From assembly GCA_963732365.1 (NCBI GenBank), contig CAVSZC010000005.1, positions 543,431 to 607,430 of the forward strand: DNA of 64,000 nucleotides, in the 5' to 3' direction. The first letter of the stretch is position 1. Each line of letters starts with the position of its first letter. The position numbers and the translations under genes are program-made. Below, piece after piece: positions 1-10,017 of the stretch. The notes beneath the pieces are model-generated. The model was not told the DNA's origin. It saw only the letters and a list, made by a program, of their open reading frames with translations, and made no database searches. The stretch comes from an uncultured Bacteroidales bacterium. Its GTDB lineage: Bacteria; Bacteroidota; Bacteroidia; Bacteroidales; VadinHA17.

Positions 1-1
1 C

Positions 2-652
2 AAGCAGCCTGACAACATTAATGCCGGCCTGCTCACCTATCCTGTGCTCATGGCCGCCGACATCATCATTCACAAGGCACACAAGGTCCCGGTAGGCAAG
101 GATCAGGAGCAGCATCTGGAGATGACCAGGCGCTTTGCGCGCCGTTTCAACACCATGTACGGGGTTGAATACTTCCCCGAGCCTGATGCATATAACTTCG
201 GCAGGCAACTTGTAAAGATACCGGGTCTCGACGGCACGGGCAAGATGGGTAAGAGTGAAGGCAACGGGATATTTCTTGCTGACACGCCCGCGGAGATAAG
301 GAAAAAGGTCATGAGGGCCGTAACTGATGCCGGGCCCGAGAAACCCGGTTCAGAGCCAAGTGAACCGGTCAAAAACCTGTTCACCATAATGGGTGTGGTT
401 TCCGAACCTTCAACCGTGGCCTTCTTCAGAGAGAAGCATGCATCATGTGAGATAAGGTACGGTGATATGAAGAAACAGCTGGCCGAGGATATCATTAAGG
501 TAACGGAACCTATCAGGGTACGCATAAATGAGATCATCAGTGATCCTGTTTACCTGAGGAAGGTGGTTTCACGGGGAGCGGAGAAAGCGCGTGCCAGCGC
601 CTCGGCCACCGTCAGGGAGGTGAGGGAGATAATCGGATACAGACCGTTCTGA
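2..652 (+). CDS. trpS: tryptophan--tRNA ligase, C-terminal part (5' end lies outside the window)
   Basis: The frame is open from base 2 (KQPDNINAGLLTYPVLMAADII...). The class I aaRS KMSKS-type loop is present as KMGKSEGN. The C-terminal helical domain is TrpRS-like. Confidence 0.9.
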   Translation, partial: KQPDNINAGLLTYPVLMAADIIIHKAHKVPVGKDQEQHLEMTRRFARRFNTMYGVEYFPEPDAYNFGRQLVKIPGLDGTGKMGKSEGNGIFLADTPAEIRKKVMRAVTDAGPEKPGSEPSEPVKNLFTIMGVVSEPSTVAFFREKHASCEIRYGDMKKQLAEDIIKVTEPIRVRINEIISDPVYLRKVVSRGAEKARASASATVREVREIIGYRPF

Positions 653-662
653 CGGAACAGTA

Positions 663-1847
663 TTAAATGTTGACTGCAGGAGCTCTCTCAAAGGGAGCGT
701 CCCTGTCGAAGAGATACCTGTATGTTATATGGGTCTTGATAATCCTGGCACCTATCTGATCAAGCAGATGCATCATCGAGGGATTGTAATCGCCAATCCA
801 GTTCATCTCCAGATCCTTATACCTGAAATCTTTCGAGAGTGCCAGTTTTGCGAAAGCCATTATCAGGGCGCCTTCCACCCCTTTGCGCTGATGTTCAGGT
901 ACAATGCCGAAGATCTGGCCAAAAGCCTTTGTAAGCTCTCCTGAAAAGTGTCTGTACCATAGAAACTTCATCTTGCCGATGAGGTTTAGCCTACCGTTAA
1001 GATGCCTGATTATCTGGTTTACTTCAGGGAGCATCAGGAAGAAGCAGACAGGTTCATCTTTGTAGAATCCGAACCAGAGAAGCTTTTCATCGAGAACAGG
1101 CCTGAGGCTTTTCATCAGCAACCTGGCATGCCCTTCACTGATGGTTTTCACCCCCGGGAATCGTGCCCATCCTTTGTTATATACTATCATGAAGTTGCGT
1201 GTTATGTCACGCATTTCTGTACGCTTCATGTACCTGAAGGAGTAGTCAGGATTTGAAAATATCCTTTCCGCCTTTACTTTTATGACATCGCTGAGGCCGT
1301 TGTCATTGATGGGTGTATAATAGGTGTACTGTTCAAAATAATTCTTAAAACCATATTTTTCAAACAGTTCCCTGTAATAAGGCGGGTTGTAGGGAACGCA
1401 GTAATTGGGTGGCAGGAAGCCGTCAACGAGCAGCCCCCACCAGCGGTCCCGTTCCCCGAAATTCACAGGTCCTTCCATCACTTTCATCCCTTTCTCTTCC
1501 AGCCAGTCACGGCAAGCGTCAAAGAGAATAAAAGCAGCCTTTTGATCATTAATACATTCAAAGAATCCCATTCCTCCCACTGGCATCTGGCCGGCATTTG
1601 CTATTTTCCTGCTGTAAAACGCAGCCACACGGCCCACTGCAGTGCCTTTGTCATCCTTCAAGAGCCACCTGACCGCTTCCCCGTTTCTGAACTGGGTGTT
1701 AAGCGAGGGGGTGAATATGGCCTCAACATCCTTTATGAGTGGCTTGATCCAGTTCGGATCTCCCATGTTGATGAATGCAGGAAGTTCATGAAACTCCCTG
1801 ATCTCCTTTCTTGTAGATACTTCTGAAAGATGAAATTCCCCGTTCAT
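663..1847 (-). CDS. GNAT-like acyltransferase-fold protein of unknown function
   Basis: 394-aa ORF. It has an acetyl-CoA-binding style motif, HQRKGVEGAL (Q/R-x-x-G-x-G/A). I recognise no other family signature. Confidence 0.45.
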   Translation of the reverse strand: MNGEFHLSEVSTRKEIREFHELPAFINMGDPNWIKPLIKDVEAIFTPSLNTQFRNGEAVRWLLKDDKGTAVGRVAAFYSRKIANAGQMPVGGMGFFECINDQKAAFILFDACRDWLEEKGMKVMEGPVNFGERDRWWGLLVDGFLPPNYCVPYNPPYYRELFEKYGFKNYFEQYTYYTPINDNGLSDVIKVKAERIFSNPDYSFRYMKRTEMRDITRNFMIVYNKGWARFPGVKTISEGHARLLMKSLRPVLDEKLLWFGFYKDEPVCFFLMLPEVNQIIRHLNGRLNLIGKMKFLWYRHFSGELTKAFGQIFGIVPEHQRKGVEGALIMAFAKLALSKDFRYKDLEMNWIGDYNPSMMHLLDQIGARIIKTHITYRYLFDRDAPFERAPAVNI

Positions 1848-1929
1848 TACCCTGGCATTAACCTAACGAGGCTGAAATTTAATCAATCTTTCCGAAATAT
1901 AACAGGGAAACAAAGCGGTGAGGCAGGTG

Positions 1930-4335
1930 TCAGATCCTTATTCTGGCAGAGAAAATGAAGTTTCTGCCCGGCGAGACAATGCCTGATGAATAGGGCCTGT
2001 ATCTTACGTCAAGGATATTTTCAATCCCGACAGTCAGATCCAGTCTGTTGGCGACATTAAATGAAGATTTGAGGTTCAGGGTAAACCATCCCGGTGACCA
2101 GGGGTTACCGTTTTCATCAGTTGCATATAAATATGCTTTGTCTTTTTCGCTGGGTGCGAGTTTATCATAAGGGACACTGCCGTTGTAAAGGGCATAGAAG
2201 TCAGCCTTAACAGCCCCTTTTTCATAAGTCAGGTGAGTAGCTCCGAAAACAGGCGGTACATGGCGGAGCGGTTCGTTTGCGTCATCATGACCTGATGTAA
2301 GGCTGAGCATCGTCTTTACTCTCAGTGCAGGATGTGGCTTCAGCTCTGCCTTGAGCTGAGCGCCGTATATTATTGCATAGCCGGCGTTCACCAGGGCATA
2401 GACATCACTCACCTCACCCTGATAGATAATAGTCGGCTGATTGTTAAAGAGAAACTCCTCCCGTACCATTGCGTCATCAAGGTAGGAGAAGAAGCATGTG
2501 ACATCTGCATGGATGAATCTGCCGGCTTCAGCTGATGCGCCTATATCGATATTATACAGATATTCAGGCTTCAGGTCAGGGTTGGGAACAACCACCACAC
2601 CGGGTGCCGATTCAAATACTTTGCCCATGTCATCAAGGTTGGGCGCCCTGAATCCGGTAGACAGGTTCAGTGTTACATCAGTTTTCTTATCAGGCCTGTA
2701 GACAAAGCCAACAGCCCCTGTTACAGCGCTGTTTGCGACTTTTATTTCTGTGAAGGGGAAGTTGTAAAAGGAGTTGTCTGCGATCTCCGAATTGAGTGAG
2801 ACGAAATTGTACCTTATGCCAGTACTGAGAGAGTATTTCTCACTGAGGTTATATTTATACCCTCCATACGCGGCAAAACTGTTATATATGTTTTTTCCGT
2901 TCGGGTACCGTGATCCGGCGGGTTCTGTTTCTCCTGAAAGAATATCCCTGTTTTCGGCAGTGCTTTTTATGTCATTGAAGACATACTCGGCACCGTAATA
3001 TAGCAGGCTGTTTTTCTCTCCGGGGGTCTTGTCGAAATCAAGATTGACAGACCAGATTCCGACTTTCTCCTCCTGCTCGTACAGAGTGACATTGTCATAT
3101 TTGCGGTCGTGACGACTTTCACTGTAGTCCTGCCTTGCAACCGTAAACCTTACCTCATCAAACAGCGATGACTGTTTTGTATACCTGGCCATAGCGCTGT
3201 TCATCATCCAGACCTGTGGCCCGTAATACCAGTCGCCATATCTCAGGACACCCTCCTTTTTCTGGATGAGCCTGTCATAACGGGGAACGTCAGAAAGCTG
3301 AGAGTAGTGGTTTGCCAGCGTAATGTCAAGATTATGCGTCAGCCTGAAGCGCAGCTTGTTCATGATATTAAGCTGTGAATAACCCGACGCAACCTGTTCG
3401 AGGGGGTCATCATTGATAATAGTTGTGTCGCCGGTTGAAGTGCGTGCCTGGTATTCATTACGCAGATATTCAGGGTATTTCCATGAACCCATCTTCAGGT
3501 GGCCGAAGTCTGACCATGATACTGATGTAAGAAATGCTATTTTGCTGCTGCCGATATTCAGATCGAGATGGAAGGTCTTTTCATCAGCTGCTGATGAATA
3601 GCGGGCAAGTGCTTCTGCCTTGTAGTATACAGAGTCCCCCGTTGAATAGAGTGCTCTTTTCGTATGAAAGTCCATCACCCCCCCCAGTGCGTCACTGCCA
3701 TACATTGTGGCGCCGGGCCCGAATATCACCTCGGTGCGGTCTATCATTGACGGATCAAGAGAGAGGATATTCTGTATGTTTCCTTCACGGTAGATTGCAT
3801 TGTTCATTCTGACGCCGTCAATAACAATAAGGACCCTGTTTGTGGCAAAACCTCTTATCATCGGGCTTCCTCCTCCCAACTGGCTCTTCTGGACATAAAC
3901 ATCACCGCTTAAAGATATCAGGTCGGCTGTTGTCTGGGGATTATGGAGCCTTATTGCCGGGAGTGAGACAGTAGTTATCAGGTTAGGCACTTCGTCAGAC
4001 CGCTGTTCATATCTGTGGGCTGAGACGATAAACTCTTCAACCTCAAAGGTTTTTGTGACGAGTTTTACGACCCATCCTGCTTTCTCAAGTTCGGGCAGGG
4101 TATAAGAGGCCCTTTCATAGGAAAAGTGCTGGAAATGGACCGGCTGATCTTTTTTAAATCCTTCAAGGCTTGCTTTCCCTGCATAGTTTGTATAGCCGAA
4201 TTGTGTGCGGTCATCATTGTAAATAGCAGCATCAGCTACGGGCCTGCCGTCTTCAGATGACAGTACCGTAACGGTCTGGGAAATGACAGACAGAGAAAAA
4301 GGCAATAGTATTACAATAAACGCAAGCCGCCTCAT
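1930..4335 (-). CDS. TonB-dependent outer-membrane receptor with an N-terminal carboxypeptidase-regulatory-like domain
   Basis: Signal peptide MRRLAFIVILLPFSLSVISQ. The ATG at 4335 is preferred over the ORF-track start at 4383. Plug-domain motifs are present (GGGSPMIRGF, IVIDGVRMNN, FGPGATMYGSDALGGV). A long beta-barrel follows, ending in GRNFIFSARIRI. Confidence 0.85.
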   Translation of the reverse strand: MRRLAFIVILLPFSLSVISQTVTVLSSEDGRPVADAAIYNDDRTQFGYTNYAGKASLEGFKKDQPVHFQHFSYERASYTLPELEKAGWVVKLVTKTFEVEEFIVSAHRYEQRSDEVPNLITTVSLPAIRLHNPQTTADLISLSGDVYVQKSQLGGGSPMIRGFATNRVLIVIDGVRMNNAIYREGNIQNILSLDPSMIDRTEVIFGPGATMYGSDALGGVMDFHTKRALYSTGDSVYYKAEALARYSSAADEKTFHLDLNIGSSKIAFLTSVSWSDFGHLKMGSWKYPEYLRNEYQARTSTGDTTIINDDPLEQVASGYSQLNIMNKLRFRLTHNLDITLANHYSQLSDVPRYDRLIQKKEGVLRYGDWYYGPQVWMMNSAMARYTKQSSLFDEVRFTVARQDYSESRHDRKYDNVTLYEQEEKVGIWSVNLDFDKTPGEKNSLLYYGAEYVFNDIKSTAENRDILSGETEPAGSRYPNGKNIYNSFAAYGGYKYNLSEKYSLSTGIRYNFVSLNSEIADNSFYNFPFTEIKVANSAVTGAVGFVYRPDKKTDVTLNLSTGFRAPNLDDMGKVFESAPGVVVVPNPDLKPEYLYNIDIGASAEAGRFIHADVTCFFSYLDDAMVREEFLFNNQPTIIYQGEVSDVYALVNAGYAIIYGAQLKAELKPHPALRVKTMLSLTSGHDDANEPLRHVPPVFGATHLTYEKGAVKADFYALYNGSVPYDKLAPSEKDKAYLYATDENGNPWSPGWFTLNLKSSFNVANRLDLTVGIENILDVRYRPYSSGIVSPGRNFIFSARIRI

Positions 4336-4464
4336 AAATAAATCAGTTGCACTGTGTGCCATTGCACAAAAAGTATTCCACAATCACTTCTCCGGAAATG
4401 TTCCTCAGCATTTTCAACGGAATAACCTATGAAAGGTTCTTCACCACGGCAAATTAATATTTTA

Positions 4465-4472
4465 TATTTTTG
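4465..4472 (+). promoter_or_regulatory. Bacteroidota-type -7 box (TATTTTTG matches TAnnTTTG)
   Basis: Consensus match about 24 nt upstream of the GTG start at 4497. Confidence 0.4.
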
Positions 4473-4496
4473 AGTCAGTAACCTTAATCGATAATT

Positions 4497-7241
4497 GTGC
4501 GGAAGAGAAACGGGATAGTTCTGGTGGGGATGCTTGCTGTTGCGCTGGTTGTGGCAGGCTATTTTATGCGGAAGGAGAAACAGATTGTGGTTGTCGATCC
4601 ATGGACCGCTGTTCCGTCTGACGCCTTTCTTATAATCGAAACGTCTGATTTCCCTGAACTTCTGACCAGGGCCACTGACCGTAACGGGATTATTTCCATA
4701 CTCTCTGACATGAAATGGGCAGCAGCAGTCACTGATGCTGCAGCGGCTGTTGACAGCATCACCGGAGGACGTGATGTGAGGGAGCTGATCAGCAACCGCA
4801 AGGTGCTTTTGTCATTCCATATTATTGGGCAGGGTCCTGCTACCGCGATGGCAGTGATGAATACCGGGCCTTCTTTCTCATCCCGGCATCTGATAAAGCT
4901 TTGCGGGCAGTCGGGAGGATCGGTGTCAGCCACAAGAGAGCTTGGGGGAGCAAGGACATTTGAGGTTGCCTACGGTAAGGGCAGCACAAAGTCTCTTGTT
5001 TATATGGCTATGACCTCAGGTATTATTATTGTTTCCACATCCGGGACACTTGTTGAGAATGCCCTCAATAACAAGGATGCAGGATCGGATATACGTCATC
5101 AGCAAGGCTTTACTCCTGTTGTGGCCGCCTCAGGAAAGGAGTCTGACAATCTCTTTATCCTGTTCCGGAATCTTCCCAGGGTCTTGCAGTCATTTGTCTC
5201 TCAGGATGACATCAGCATGATCTCCTCGGCGGCCATTGCAGCAGGAGGTGACCTGACAACCAGGGAAGACGGACTGTTTCTTAGCGGGTTTGTCTCTACG
5301 GCAGGGGCAGGAGTGGGAGCTGACAGGCTGAGAGACGCCGTCCCGGCAGAATCAGGTGTTCATGAATTACTTCCGCAGGGAACACTTAGATACACTACTG
5401 TGATGAGACGCGCCTCAATATCAGGCACAACAACCGGCGACCCCTCGGCTATCAATGCTACAGACCTGGCATTATCGCTTAGTCCGTTCACCGGCACTGA
5501 GGTGACAACGGCAGTGTTGCCTCTGACGGAAGGTACAGGCAGGGTCATGTTATTCAGGATGACTGACCGTCAGTCGGCAGAGACTGTCCTGAGAGAAAGG
5601 CTGACTGACAAATACCGCACCATGGGGATGAGAGAAAGTCATTTCCTGGCCAGGGTAAAGAATGATAACGGTGAAGAAACGTTCATTTACAAAATGCCGT
5701 TCACCGGTGTGGCATCCATCCTGTCGGGTGAATCATCCGCCTCAGGAACAGATGAATGGGTTTTGTTTTCCAGGTCGTATATGGTTTTTGCCCCGTCTCC
5801 TGATCTGCTGGCATTGATCAAAAGAGAATCAGACAGCGATAACACCCTTATAAATGACCCCAGATTCAGGGAGATGGAGAAGACCCTTCCGACAAGAAGT
5901 TCATTTGTGTTTTACGCTTCAGGCAGGGCCCTCAGATCAGTGATAGGAGAGATTGTTACACCGGCAGCATCAGCATCAATAACCGATAAGGCAATAGCCT
6001 CGATTGATGGTATAGGGCTCAGCCTGACGCCAAGCAATGACATGATATATACCAGTCTTTCAGTAAGGTACCATGACTCGTCGCTGGTCCAGGCACCATC
6101 AGACGGCACAACGGTTACTGAAAAGAGAGACCTCTCCGGCACAGGCGCTGATGCAGGACTGAATCTCATCTGGAAAGTTAAGCTTGATGCAGGTCTTGCT
6201 GCCAGACCCTTCCTGTTTCTTAATCATAATACCGGCGCGACGGAAATATTTGTCCAGGATCAGAAGAACAACATTTATCTGGTAAGTGCAACAGGCAAGA
6301 TCCTGTGGAAGGCGTTGATCAGGGAAAAGATTGTCGGAGATGTCTTTATGATCGATTATTACCGTAACGGCAAGAATCAGCTCCTTTTCAGCGGCAAGAA
6401 CTACCTTCACCTCATTGACCGCAACGGCAACTATGTTGACAAATTTCCTGTAAAACTGAGATCGCCTGCTTCAAATACGCTGGCTCTGTTTGATTATGAG
6501 AACAATAAGGATTACAGGCTGTGCATTGCAGGTGAAGACAGGAAGATCTACGTATATGACCGGTCGGGGGCGCCGGTCAGGGGGTGGAATCTCTTCACAA
6601 CGCGCGGAAAGGTGACCGAACCCGTAACATTCTTCAGGGTCAGGGGCAAGGACTATCTCTTTGCCTCCGATGACCAGTCAGTATATCTTCTTGACCGGAT
6701 GGGGAATATAAGGGTGACTCCCCAGAGCCCTCTTAAAAAGGCATCCGGTTCTGCGGTCAGGCTGGTCACCGGAGACAATCAGACACTGGTGTTTACGGAG
6801 CCTGAAGGGACAATCATAAATCTGTCTCTTGACGGTGCCGTGAGGAGACAAACGATAAGCTCATTTTCAGCTGATCACAGGTTTGACTGCAATGATATTA
6901 ACGGAGACAGACTTCAGGAATATCTGTTTCTTGACAGGAATATACTGCGTGTATACGGCAGTGACGGAGCCGAGATATATACTAAATCATTTGATACAGA
7001 ATTACTTAACGGGCCGGTGATTTTCAGTTTCAGCTCCTCGGACAGGAAGACAGGTGTTTATGAGGTAAACAAAAAACTGCTTCATGTTACCGGGAGGAAC
7101 GGCGCTCCCGTTCCGGGTTTTCCATTGCCCTCCGGTCCATTCTTCACTGCGGGAAGGTATGCAAACAAGAGTTCATGGAACCTGTTTGCTGACCAGAACG
7201 ACAGTTATCTGTATAATTATGAGTTATCTGCCGGCAAATAG
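4497..7241 (+). CDS. large membrane-anchored protein of unknown function with a C-terminal beta-propeller-like repeat region
   Basis: GTG start followed by RKRN and a TM helix (IVLVGMLAVALVVAGYF). The C-terminal ~350 aa carry 7-8 repeats of the type hydrophobic-Y/L-h-x-D/G-x-x-G-x-x-h: NNIYLVSATGKILW, NYLHLIDRNGNYV, RKIYVYDRSGAPV, QSVYLLDRMGNIRV, ILRVYGSDGAEIY, KLLHVTGRNGAPV. Confidence 0.6.
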   Translation: MRKRNGIVLVGMLAVALVVAGYFMRKEKQIVVVDPWTAVPSDAFLIIETSDFPELLTRATDRNGIISILSDMKWAAAVTDAAAAVDSITGGRDVRELISNRKVLLSFHIIGQGPATAMAVMNTGPSFSSRHLIKLCGQSGGSVSATRELGGARTFEVAYGKGSTKSLVYMAMTSGIIIVSTSGTLVENALNNKDAGSDIRHQQGFTPVVAASGKESDNLFILFRNLPRVLQSFVSQDDISMISSAAIAAGGDLTTREDGLFLSGFVSTAGAGVGADRLRDAVPAESGVHELLPQGTLRYTTVMRRASISGTTTGDPSAINATDLALSLSPFTGTEVTTAVLPLTEGTGRVMLFRMTDRQSAETVLRERLTDKYRTMGMRESHFLARVKNDNGEETFIYKMPFTGVASILSGESSASGTDEWVLFSRSYMVFAPSPDLLALIKRESDSDNTLINDPRFREMEKTLPTRSSFVFYASGRALRSVIGEIVTPAASASITDKAIASIDGIGLSLTPSNDMIYTSLSVRYHDSSLVQAPSDGTTVTEKRDLSGTGADAGLNLIWKVKLDAGLAARPFLFLNHNTGATEIFVQDQKNNIYLVSATGKILWKALIREKIVGDVFMIDYYRNGKNQLLFSGKNYLHLIDRNGNYVDKFPVKLRSPASNTLALFDYENNKDYRLCIAGEDRKIYVYDRSGAPVRGWNLFTTRGKVTEPVTFFRVRGKDYLFASDDQSVYLLDRMGNIRVTPQSPLKKASGSAVRLVTGDNQTLVFTEPEGTIINLSLDGAVRRQTISSFSADHRFDCNDINGDRLQEYLFLDRNILRVYGSDGAEIYTKSFDTELLNGPVIFSFSSSDRKTGVYEVNKKLLHVTGRNGAPVPGFPLPSGPFFTAGRYANKSSWNLFADQNDSYLYNYELSAGK

Positions 7242-7266
7242 AAGGGGGTGGCGCAGTTTATGATGA

Positions 7267-8028
7267 TCACTCCTCCAGAGAAGAGGCTTTGAGCTGTTTA
7301 GCCAGGGAGTTTGCAAAGACAAAGTCATTCAATATCTTACAGTCAGACTTCAGTATCTCAGTTTTACAGCCTTCCCAGCACTTTTCTCCCTCCTCGATAA
7401 AAATGATTTTCTCTCCGTTCTCCATGACCGAGTTCATATCATGTGTATTGACGATGGTGGTCATGTTCAGTTCAACGGTGATCTCCTTGATAAGTTCGTC
7501 TATCACAATGGAGGTCTTCGGATCGAGTCCTGAATTGGGCTCGTCACAGAAGAGATAGCGGGGTTTAAGGGCTATGGCTCTGGCAATGGCAACACGCTTT
7601 TTCATCCCTCCTGACAGCTCTGCAGGGAAGAGGCTGTTGGAGTTGATGATATCCACCCGCTGAAGGCAGAAGTTTACTCTCTCAAGCTTCTCTTCTTCAG
7701 ACATCCTCGTGAACATATCGAGAGGGAACCTGACATTCTCTTCAACTGTCATCGAGTCAAAGAGTGCGCTTCCCTGGAAGAGCATCCCCATCTCTTTTCT
7801 GATCTCCTTTTTACCGGTAAAGTCAAGCTTAGAGAAAAGTATATCGCCATACCAGATGTTTCCCTCGTCAATTTCAAGAAGGCCGACGATGCATTTAAGA
7901 AATACAGTTTTTCCCGAGCCGCTTTTGCCAATTATCAGGTTAGTTTTACCGGGCTCAAAGATGGCTGATATGTTTTTCAGGACCTCGCGGCCGCCAAACG
8001 ACTTTGTAATGTTTTCGGCCCTGATCAT
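7267..8028 (-). CDS. mlaF: ABC transporter ATP-binding protein, MlaF-like
   Basis: Walker A GKSGSGKT, ABC signature LSGGMKKR, Walker B YLFCDEP. Its start overlaps the upstream permease gene by 4 nt. Confidence 0.8.
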   Translation of the reverse strand: MIRAENITKSFGGREVLKNISAIFEPGKTNLIIGKSGSGKTVFLKCIVGLLEIDEGNIWYGDILFSKLDFTGKKEIRKEMGMLFQGSALFDSMTVEENVRFPLDMFTRMSEEEKLERVNFCLQRVDIINSNSLFPAELSGGMKKRVAIARAIALKPRYLFCDEPNSGLDPKTSIVIDELIKEITVELNMTTIVNTHDMNSVMENGEKIIFIEEGEKCWEGCKTEILKSDCKILNDFVFANSLAKQLKASSLEE

Positions 8029-8819
8029 GACAGCAGCAACTGGGTTAATATGACATTGAAAAGAAGGATTGTGATGCTGCTGTAGACAACAGCTTTAGTG
8101 CTTGCACGTCCTACCTCCAGCGAGCCGCCCTCGACGTAGTAACCCTGGAAAGCAGATACCGTTGTAATTATGAAGGCGAAGAAAAGGGTCTTGATCAGGG
8201 AGTATGTTATATAATAAGGTATAAACGCGTACTGAATGCCGTAAATAAAGTCCTGTGTCGTTATTACCCCTGCCGATGTGCCTGCTATCCAGCCTCCCAT
8301 GATGCCGACCACGATGCTTATCAGGGTCAGGAAGGGGTTAAACACCAGGGTAGCAACAACTTTTGGCAGGATAAGGTATGAGGCTGAATTCACCCCCATA
8401 AGCTCAAGCGCGTCTATCTGTTCGGTCACCCTCATTGTTCCTATCTCTGATGCTATGTTTGACCCTACCTTGCCGGCAAGTATCAGGGCAACTATCGTGG
8501 AGGAGAACTCGAGAATGATCGAGTCCCTGCATCCCAGTCCTATAAGGTAGGTGGGGTAGATAGGATTTTCAGTGTTGTAAGCTGTCTGAAGGGTGATAAC
8601 TGCACCCATGAAGAAGGAGATAATAATGGTGATGCCTATTGACCTCAATCCAAGGCTGATAAGCTCTTTCATCGTCTGCCGGTAGTAGATTGAATGTTTC
8701 TCAGGCCTGGCAAATACCTTACCGAGCAGCAGCCAGTAGGACCCAAAACCGGAAAGAAATCTGAACATAAGGTCAATTGTTTCGTCAAATTTAGCAATTA
8801 TTCCCGGCAACATAACCAA
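8025..8819 (-). CDS. mlaE: ABC transporter permease, MlaE-like
   Basis: 264-aa polytopic membrane protein with MlaE/Ttg2B-like conserved stretches (GVNSASYLILPKV, EVGRASTKAVV). Translationally coupled to the ATPase gene. Confidence 0.75.
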   Translation of the reverse strand: MVMLPGIIAKFDETIDLMFRFLSGFGSYWLLLGKVFARPEKHSIYYRQTMKELISLGLRSIGITIIISFFMGAVITLQTAYNTENPIYPTYLIGLGCRDSIILEFSSTIVALILAGKVGSNIASEIGTMRVTEQIDALELMGVNSASYLILPKVVATLVFNPFLTLISIVVGIMGGWIAGTSAGVITTQDFIYGIQYAFIPYYITYSLIKTLFFAFIITTVSAFQGYYVEGGSLEVGRASTKAVVYSSITILLFNVILTQLLLS

Positions 8820-8845
8820 TGGTGGTTTTACTTGAAGGGAATATC

Positions 8846-8853
8846 TATATTTG
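8846..8853 (+). promoter_or_regulatory. Bacteroidota-type -7 box (TATATTTG)
   Basis: TAnnTTTG match about 26 nt upstream of the ATG at 8880. Confidence 0.4.
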
Positions 8854-8879
8854 TATTAAGCACCGCAATCTAAACTATT

Positions 8880-9965
8880 ATGAACAACAAATATGTTCTG
8901 ATCATGGCCGGGGGTGTAGGGAGCAGGTTCTGGCCACTGAGCAGGAAAGAGAAGCCGAAACAGTTTCTTGATATACTGGGAACAGGAGAAACACTTCTTC
9001 AGATGACCTTTCGCCGGTTTAAAGGGATATGTCCGGAGGATCATATCTATGTTGTCACCAGCGAGGACAGCAGTGATATTGTCGTTTCGCAGCTTGGGAT
9101 CGACCGCAGCAGGGTACTTGCTGAGCCTCTCAGAAGAAACACCGCGCCGTGCATTGCTTTTGGTATTTTCCGCATAATGCAGCAGGATAAAGACGCTGTT
9201 ATTGCTGTGGCCCCTTCAGACCACCTGATAACAAAGGAGAATGAATTCAGGAATGTGATGAAGGAAGCATATCGGTTTGCATCGGAAAATGAAGCACTGC
9301 TTACTCTCGGGATAAAGCCTGACCGACCGGAGACAGGGTACGGTTACATACAGGCAAACAAGAAACTGCCGTTTAAGGGTTACGATAACCTGCATAAAGT
9401 CAAGGCGTTCACCGAGAAACCGGAGCTTGCCATGGCACGGGTCTTTCTTGAGAGCGGCGACTTCTTCTGGAACAGCGGCATGTTTATCTGGAAGGGGAGC
9501 ACCATACTGTCTGCCTTTGACAGGCATCTGCCGGATGTATATCATATATTCAACGAGGGGAGGGAGCTCTTTAATACTGAACATGAGAGTGATTTCATCA
9601 AGAAGTCATATTCACAGTGCAGCAGTATCTCTGTCGACTACGGCATAATGGAGAAGGCTGATAATGTATATGTCATCTGCACCGACCTGGGCTGGTCCGA
9701 TCTGGGCACCTGGAGCTCACTTTATCTTCACTCTGAGCACGACAGAAATGACAATGCAGTACTGCAGTCACAGGTTTTCACATATAATTCAGAAGGGAAC
9801 ATAATAAGTCTTCCGAAAGATAAGATAGCAGTAATACAGGGGCTTGACGATTACATAATCATTGACAGCGGTGACGCTCTGCTGATTGTTTCAAAGGAAC
9901 AGGAGCAGAACATAAAGCTATACCTTGATGACGTGGGGAAAGCGACAGGAGATAAGTACGTATAA
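8880..9965 (+). CDS. manC: mannose-1-phosphate guanylyltransferase (nucleotidyltransferase domain only)
   Basis: N-terminal GGVGSRFWPLSR nucleotide-binding motif. The 361-aa length fits ManC-type enzymes that lack the isomerase domain. Confidence 0.8.
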   Translation: MNNKYVLIMAGGVGSRFWPLSRKEKPKQFLDILGTGETLLQMTFRRFKGICPEDHIYVVTSEDSSDIVVSQLGIDRSRVLAEPLRRNTAPCIAFGIFRIMQQDKDAVIAVAPSDHLITKENEFRNVMKEAYRFASENEALLTLGIKPDRPETGYGYIQANKKLPFKGYDNLHKVKAFTEKPELAMARVFLESGDFFWNSGMFIWKGSTILSAFDRHLPDVYHIFNEGRELFNTEHESDFIKKSYSQCSSISVDYGIMEKADNVYVICTDLGWSDLGTWSSLYLHSEHDRNDNAVLQSQVFTYNSEGNIISLPKDKIAVIQGLDDYIIIDSGDALLIVSKEQEQNIKLYLDDVGKATGDKYV

Positions 9966-9967
9966 AA

Positions 9968-10004
9968 AAAGAGGCCGTCTTAAAATGATGGCCTCTTTCT
10001 TTTT
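9968..10004. terminator. bidirectional rho-independent terminator shared by manC (+) and gldN (-)
   Basis: A 9-bp stem pairs AAAGAGGCC (9968-9976) with GGCCTCTTT (9990-9998), with a 13-nt loop. An A run lies on the left and a T run (CTTTTTG) on the right. Confidence 0.7.
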
Positions 10005-10017
10005 GTTGTACTCCGTT

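Noticed and set aside
103-537. 144-aa ORF antisense to trpS.
   Set aside because: It is a shadow ORF inside a well-supported conserved gene, with low-complexity Ser/Leu-rich translation and no motif. The same reasoning applies to the antisense ORFs at 17015-17638 (in topA), 22588-23073 (in radA), 44558-45223 (in ald), 45562-46182 (in tsaE/porX), 56634-57260 (in pgk) and 61468-62112 (in the kinase).
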